Sequence record: PQ409239.1
Source: Klebsiella phage vB_KpnP_PW7
Strand: one strand, 5' to 3'
Length of the DNA: 64,000 bases
Shown: positions 59,358 through 64,000 of the stretch, one piece after another
How the letters are laid out: each line of letters begins with the position of its first letter
How positions within the stretch are numbered: the stretch's first letter is position 1
Program-made: the position numbers and the translations under genes
The notes under the pieces: model-generated
What the model was told of the DNA's origin: nothing
Seen by the model: the letters and a program-made list of their open reading frames with translations, nothing else
Databases searched by the model: none

Positions 59358-61307
59358 TTAGCGAGTTTGCATATAGCCAGGAATCTGGTTGGCCTGTCGC
59401 AAATAGCGTTCTGCCCTTGCATCATTCTCCCGTTTTACAGCCCGGTCAGTAGTAGCCTGAGACTGGAAGGTACGAGGAGCCAGGTTCTGTGGGTCAGCAG
59501 TTACTTGTTGCTGTGCTGCCTGAAGCATCATCTGTGCACGTTCTACAGCAGCTTGGCGAGAAGGTAACAGAGCAGTCAGTGCAGTTTGACCAGTACTGAT
59601 TTTGTTCTGTGTATTCTGCAATTGAGCCAATGCAGCATCGTAAGCTTGCTGTGCAGCTTGTACGTTCTGTGCAGCCTGAGCTGTAGACAGGTTACGTACA
59701 GATTGCTCCAGAGGTTCCCCACGTTGCAGTGCACCAACCATTTGGTCTACAGCATCGTCATTAAGACGGGTACCGTTACCAGCTTCATTGGAGATGAACG
59801 GGTTAAGTCCTTGCAGCCCACGCCAAATCATGTTTTCAGGTACGTTAGTCTGTGCACGTTGCATGACGGTTGCAGCCATAGCAGGTGACACACCAGCACG
59901 TTGAGCAATTTCATTAACACGAGCCAGTACCCAGTTACGGTCAGCACCCTTGAAATCATTCTCTAGCAGACGGTTAACAACTTCACCAGGGGTAGCAGTA
60001 TCACCCAGAGTACGGAGGTAATCTGGTACGTTACCCACTGCATTGTTTTCCATCAAACGAGTACCAATCATACCAGTAGCCAGATTACTTACTGCCTGAT
60101 TGCCTTGTACAGCTTGCTGTACTGCAAGAGGGTTTGACCCTACTTCAGCTTGTGCAATAAGACCCTTCATCTCATTCCAAGTTCTGTTCTTATAAGCACC
60201 TACGGTAGAGTCTGGTAATGCAGCCCAAGTATCTTTAAGGTTGCCGTTTTTGCGTGCATTAAAAATAGCTTCCCCAATCTTGTCCTGGTTCTCAGGAGAA
60301 AGTGGCATGTTACGCCAGTTTTCACCTAATACTTTAGGAGCAAAATCTTCAAGGGTAGCCTTGTTAATCTGATAAGCACCAACAGGGGAAGCACCCTGGG
60401 AGCTAATCATATTAGCCTGGTGGTTGGTTACTTCACCAATACTCATCTGAGTGATTGGCTTGCTGGTTCCCTGGAATTGGTAGGTCACGTCAAACGGACT
60501 ACCACTACGAGTGCCAGCAGTGCCTGGAGCAGAAGTAACGTTGTTACCATAAGTGCCTGGGTATTGCTGGGCCAGTAACCCCTGGAGTCGAGCTTGAGCC
60601 GTTGGCGAAAGACCTCTGCTATATGCTTCTGCAAGGATACGAGCATCGTTAGGGTTCTCCGCACCTCGTACAATTTGGGACAGTGCACCAATAGCAGCTT
60701 GGCTATCTGCATCGTCACGCATGTTAGTACCAAGGTTGAACAGGTCACGACGCTGACCAATGGCATTGCTACCTTGGTTCTGAAGTCGGCCCATAATCTC
60801 TTGAACCTGGTCAGCAGGCAGAGCATCTAATGCACCACCATATTGCTGTTGTGCTCGTGCAATAGTATTGGGGTCACCACTTTGGTAAGCCAGAGCCAGT
60901 TGACGTAAAGCAGGAGAGGCTGCATCACCACGGGCATCCAAGTCTTGCATACGACCGGTACGATAAGTGTTGTAATCCAAAGCTTGTTGCTGAGTAGCTT
61001 GGTTCAACAGATTACCTGTACGGTTATCAAGATTTTCCAAAGTACGGTTAGAAATCAAAGAGGGGTCTACCCCCTGAAACAGAGCACCACTTGCCAGAGC
61101 ATTACGGTACTCAGTAGGGTCTTGATATTGCAGAGCATTCTGCATTACTTGGTTACCCACCTCTTGTCTTGCAGCAGTCTGAAAATTACCCAGTGCATCG
61201 CTAAGACCAGCAGTAGCATTACCAAGCAGACCACTGAATGAACGAATGCTATCACCAACTCCAGAGAAGTTAGGTGCATCAACATTTCGCCAAGTAATCT
61301 GAGCCAT
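59358..61307 (-). CDS. Virion internal protein (N4 gp51-53-like); possible lysozyme or transglycosylase-like segment.
   Basis: 649 aa, Q/A-rich. Segment SSQGASPVGAYQINKATLEDFA resembles SLT/GEWL catalytic motifs. Confidence 0.4.
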   Translation of the reverse strand: MAQITWRNVDAPNFSGVGDSIRSFSGLLGNATAGLSDALGNFQTAARQEVGNQVMQNALQYQDPTEYRNALASGALFQGVDPSLISNRTLENLDNRTGNLLNQATQQQALDYNTYRTGRMQDLDARGDAASPALRQLALAYQSGDPNTIARAQQQYGGALDALPADQVQEIMGRLQNQGSNAIGQRRDLFNLGTNMRDDADSQAAIGALSQIVRGAENPNDARILAEAYSRGLSPTAQARLQGLLAQQYPGTYGNNVTSAPGTAGTRSGSPFDVTYQFQGTSKPITQMSIGEVTNHQANMISSQGASPVGAYQINKATLEDFAPKVLGENWRNMPLSPENQDKIGEAIFNARKNGNLKDTWAALPDSTVGAYKNRTWNEMKGLIAQAEVGSNPLAVQQAVQGNQAVSNLATGMIGTRLMENNAVGNVPDYLRTLGDTATPGEVVNRLLENDFKGADRNWVLARVNEIAQRAGVSPAMAATVMQRAQTNVPENMIWRGLQGLNPFISNEAGNGTRLNDDAVDQMVGALQRGEPLEQSVRNLSTAQAAQNVQAAQQAYDAALAQLQNTQNKISTGQTALTALLPSRQAAVERAQMMLQAAQQQVTADPQNLAPRTFQSQATTDRAVKRENDARAERYLRQANQIPGYMQTR

Positions 61308-61316
61308 AATTACCCC

Positions 61317-61757
61317 TTAACGAGTAAGCTTGTTACGTTCGATATAAGCATCTGCTGAGGCAGAATCACGGTTCTCTGCTACAGCACGGCTACGAGCACG
61401 GTCTTCTAACGCAGTGTTATAAGACTTAATCTGGTTGTTCAGGTTGGTATTCGCAATGCCTTTAGCAAAGTTAAACTGGTCCTTAGCGAGTTTATTGGAT
61501 TGGAATGCACCATAAAGATTACCCAATGAACCAAGGGCACCAAGCCCCAATTGAAAGGTTGGGATATTCATACCCAGTTGGTCAGACAGCCCAGTAAGGG
61601 GAGTGCTGTTAGAGCCTCCTAGAGAACCAGCCAAGGACGTATCAGGTTGGTAGGTCATAGCAGGGGTATTAAAACCCATGTTACTATTACCATTATTAGC
61701 CCACTGGAAGGCACCAACTGAAGGTTGCGAGTTACCAGTTAAGAAGCTTAAATCCAT
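61317..61757 (-). CDS. Small virion protein.
   Basis: 146 aa, Gly/Ser/Leu-rich, between two virion genes. Confidence 0.35.
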   Translation of the reverse strand: MDLSFLTGNSQPSVGAFQWANNGNSNMGFNTPAMTYQPDTSLAGSLGGSNSTPLTGLSDQLGMNIPTFQLGLGALGSLGNLYGAFQSNKLAKDQFNFAKGIANTNLNNQIKSYNTALEDRARSRAVAENRDSASADAYIERNKLTR

Positions 61758-61768
61758 CAGGACTTACC

Positions 61769-63976
61769 TCACGTTAAATCAATATTAGTGGTTATATCAG
61801 CAAAGTTTGTAATCATGTCCATGGACATACTTGCGATATCTGAACCAGTCATGAGAGTACGGTTAGTGAAGCAATCAAGTGACTCAATCCCAATAAAGGA
61901 TAGTGGGTCGATTATGCCTGAACCGTCAGTACCAAACATTTCCTGGTACTTACTCTGAATAGCTTTAGAGTCAGTATTGTACTGCTGTAACACTTCCTCC
62001 GTCTTACGAATAGTATCAGCAGTACTTGCATTAATATACTGACTAATGCCGTTGCCTACCGATGAGGTGAGCATAGTTAAGTTTTGAGCACTAGCCATGT
62101 TAGCAATCATGGTGGACATAGAGGTACCCGTAGAAAGTGCAGTACCCACGTTCATTGCTATAAAGGAGGCAATAGCAGTAACGATAAGACCAAGTTTATC
62201 ACCAAACAATGCAGTAGAAACTTTACCAATAATGGACATAACAACCATAGCAGCTACTGCATTAGCAATAGCTCCTACGATAATGGCAGCAATACCAGCA
62301 AAACCTAATGCAGCACCAACCGAACCGTATGCACCAAGGATACCTGCACCAGCAGCTGCACCAGTACCCATAGATACAACTGATATAACAATAGCTACAA
62401 CAATGACTGCTATCTTAAATGCCCCAGATTGATACCACTTCTGCTTAACCTTTTTATAGCTATTGAGGACTAAGTAAGTACAAGCAGTAGATAGCTGAGT
62501 ACTGCGAACCAGTGACATGGAACGGTAAATGTTGGTATGCAGTGGAATAAGGAATCCTGACTCATCTGCATCATCTAAGGCTTCCTTAGCAGTAGAGTCA
62601 ACACTCTTATCCTTATAGACCATGTTACGGTGCCGTAAACCGTACACGGTTAATTTTTTATACGTACCGTTGCCAGTTTGCCAGAGCATCTCAAATGCAG
62701 GCATAGTCTTGGAACTGGTGTACTCAACAAGGTCACCCTGAGTATTAGTACGATATGACTTACGAGTTAGGGTAATAGTCTCCCCCATCTGAGTTTTAAG
62801 TTCACCTTTCTTAGCACCTTCCCATGCAACACCAGTATGACTAGTCTCAAAAATGTAGTTCCACTCTACGGTCATATCAAACTTGTAACCCTTGGTACTA
62901 CGTACTCTGTATTCTCTTTTTGGGATAACAGGATACTCAGGAGGGTTTGGTGGAGTACTGACAACTACAGAACCACTGGTGTTATCTGCCCACCATTGGG
63001 AATATTCCTCTGCATCCATATTAGCCAACTCATACGCCTGTATGATGGATTCCATAGTTGGGTAGTTTGGGTCAGTAGGAAAAGCTTCAGCAGCCATCTC
63101 AAAGAAACGGAATATGTACTCTTTAGCTGTATCTTCCGGGGTATTGAGTGCACAGCCAAAAGCACCATAGATGTATTGAATGTCATCAATGTCATCGTTG
63201 TCTTTAAGTGTATCCAATACTTTATTAAGTTTGCCCCCAGTAGCCTTACGCAAAGCAGTCTTACAAAATGGATACATTTCCTCATCTTGGTCTACCCAAG
63301 TCTTATCCGCCCTCATTGGAATAAAGGGGTAAAACCTGCTGTCATCAGAGTAAGTATTAAACAACGAATCCAGTTCAGCATTACCATCCCCCTCTTTATA
63401 GATAAAGAGGTGTGGTTCGCCAGCAGCATCAGTAATGGTTTTGGTCGATACAGTCTGGGATGTATACTCAATATCTATGTACTCACTGGTAGTAGTCGTA
63501 ACTCGTGTTTCAATAACACCCCCACCAAGGTCAATCTCCTCAGTGACTGTATTAGTACTGGTTTTCTTGGTTCCCAGCTTAGTATGGGTCATAACACGGT
63601 TATCTATGATTACCTGAGCAGTAGTAAGAGACAGGTTAAAACCTCTCTTATACACCTTAATGTAATCATTCCAGGTTTCAGTATCTATATCAGTTGTAGA
63701 GGTTTCCTCATCTGGTCTTCCATCAGAAAAACTTGAGTGAACCACTACAGTAGTGTTAAGGGTTTCACTTCTTGGAGTAAAGTCCTCAGACACGGTGGAC
63801 CAGAATAAAGTAGACGGTAATTCACTTTCATTACTGAAAGTAAGCAAAGGACCAACTACAGGTGGGTCTTCTTTAGGGTCAGAATAATACGTGTAATCTA
63901 CGTAGAGATAACGGGAACCCTGTTCAAAATTGACAGGAGTAAACTGAATAGTAGAACCACCTTCCTGGGATTCCAT
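61769..63976 (-). CDS. Virion internal protein with a C-terminal cluster of transmembrane-like Gly/Ala-rich helices.
   Basis: 735 aa. C-terminus has repeated hydrophobic segments: IAVIVVAIVISVVSMGTGAAAGAGILGAYGSVGAALGFAGIAAIIVGAIANAVAAMVVMSIIG. Confidence 0.45.
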   Translation of the reverse strand: MESQEGGSTIQFTPVNFEQGSRYLYVDYTYYSDPKEDPPVVGPLLTFSNESELPSTLFWSTVSEDFTPRSETLNTTVVVHSSFSDGRPDEETSTTDIDTETWNDYIKVYKRGFNLSLTTAQVIIDNRVMTHTKLGTKKTSTNTVTEEIDLGGGVIETRVTTTTSEYIDIEYTSQTVSTKTITDAAGEPHLFIYKEGDGNAELDSLFNTYSDDSRFYPFIPMRADKTWVDQDEEMYPFCKTALRKATGGKLNKVLDTLKDNDDIDDIQYIYGAFGCALNTPEDTAKEYIFRFFEMAAEAFPTDPNYPTMESIIQAYELANMDAEEYSQWWADNTSGSVVVSTPPNPPEYPVIPKREYRVRSTKGYKFDMTVEWNYIFETSHTGVAWEGAKKGELKTQMGETITLTRKSYRTNTQGDLVEYTSSKTMPAFEMLWQTGNGTYKKLTVYGLRHRNMVYKDKSVDSTAKEALDDADESGFLIPLHTNIYRSMSLVRSTQLSTACTYLVLNSYKKVKQKWYQSGAFKIAVIVVAIVISVVSMGTGAAAGAGILGAYGSVGAALGFAGIAAIIVGAIANAVAAMVVMSIIGKVSTALFGDKLGLIVTAIASFIAMNVGTALSTGTSMSTMIANMASAQNLTMLTSSVGNGISQYINASTADTIRKTEEVLQQYNTDSKAIQSKYQEMFGTDGSGIIDPLSFIGIESLDCFTNRTLMTGSDIASMSMDMITNFADITTNIDLT

Positions 63977-64000
63977 AGTGATAACGCCAGTCTCGTCATC

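Noticed and set aside
1-64000. CRISPR arrays, integrase, repressor or attachment sites.
   Set aside because: No regularly spaced direct repeats and no recombinase-like ORF were seen. The content is consistent with a strictly lytic N4-like phage.

Overview
The window reads as most of an N4-like (Schitoviridae) lytic podophage genome, circularly permuted so that late genes sit at both ends. Late structural and packaging genes run on the minus strand at 1-7478 and 48844-64000. At 1-7478: a partial tail fibre or sheath-like protein, a 968-aa tailspike with a pectate-lyase-type depolymerase motif, the large terminase subunit, and a gp69-like protein. At 48844-64000: a giant ~3470-aa virion RNA polymerase and three upstream virion-internal proteins. 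An early-to-middle plus-strand block lies at 7631-48813. It holds many small accessory genes, a split T7-like RNAPII (271 aa + 416 aa), a Big_2 decoration-like protein, a free-standing HNH endonuclease, a MoxR AAA ATPase plus VWA/metallopeptidase pair, dCTP deaminase, ThyX, rIIA, rIIB, a Dda-like helicase, a PolA-family DNA polymerase, a PD-(D/E)xK nuclease, a primase-like protein, an SSB-like protein and a RuvC-like resolvase. A ~1.9-kb non-coding tRNA island (45030-46700) follows, then gp49-like and DUF2829 (Tad2-like) genes. The most notable non-coding signals are three hairpin promoters of the N4 vRNAP type (stem, TCC loop, stem on the coding strand) upstream of early genes and the RNAPII operon. 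Others are numerous intrinsic terminators forming single-gene cassettes, a perfect 16-bp palindrome in front of the Big_2 gene, an imperfect repeat array at 10058-10235, and long imperfect hairpins inside the tRNA island. Candidate accessory or anti-defence functions are: a Tad2-like DUF2829 protein; DUF4326-like genes near SLOG or Rossmann-like proteins (one adjacent pair, one looser grouping); an HExxH mini-protein; and two pairs of tandem paralogues. No CRISPR array, integrase or other lysogeny genes were seen.
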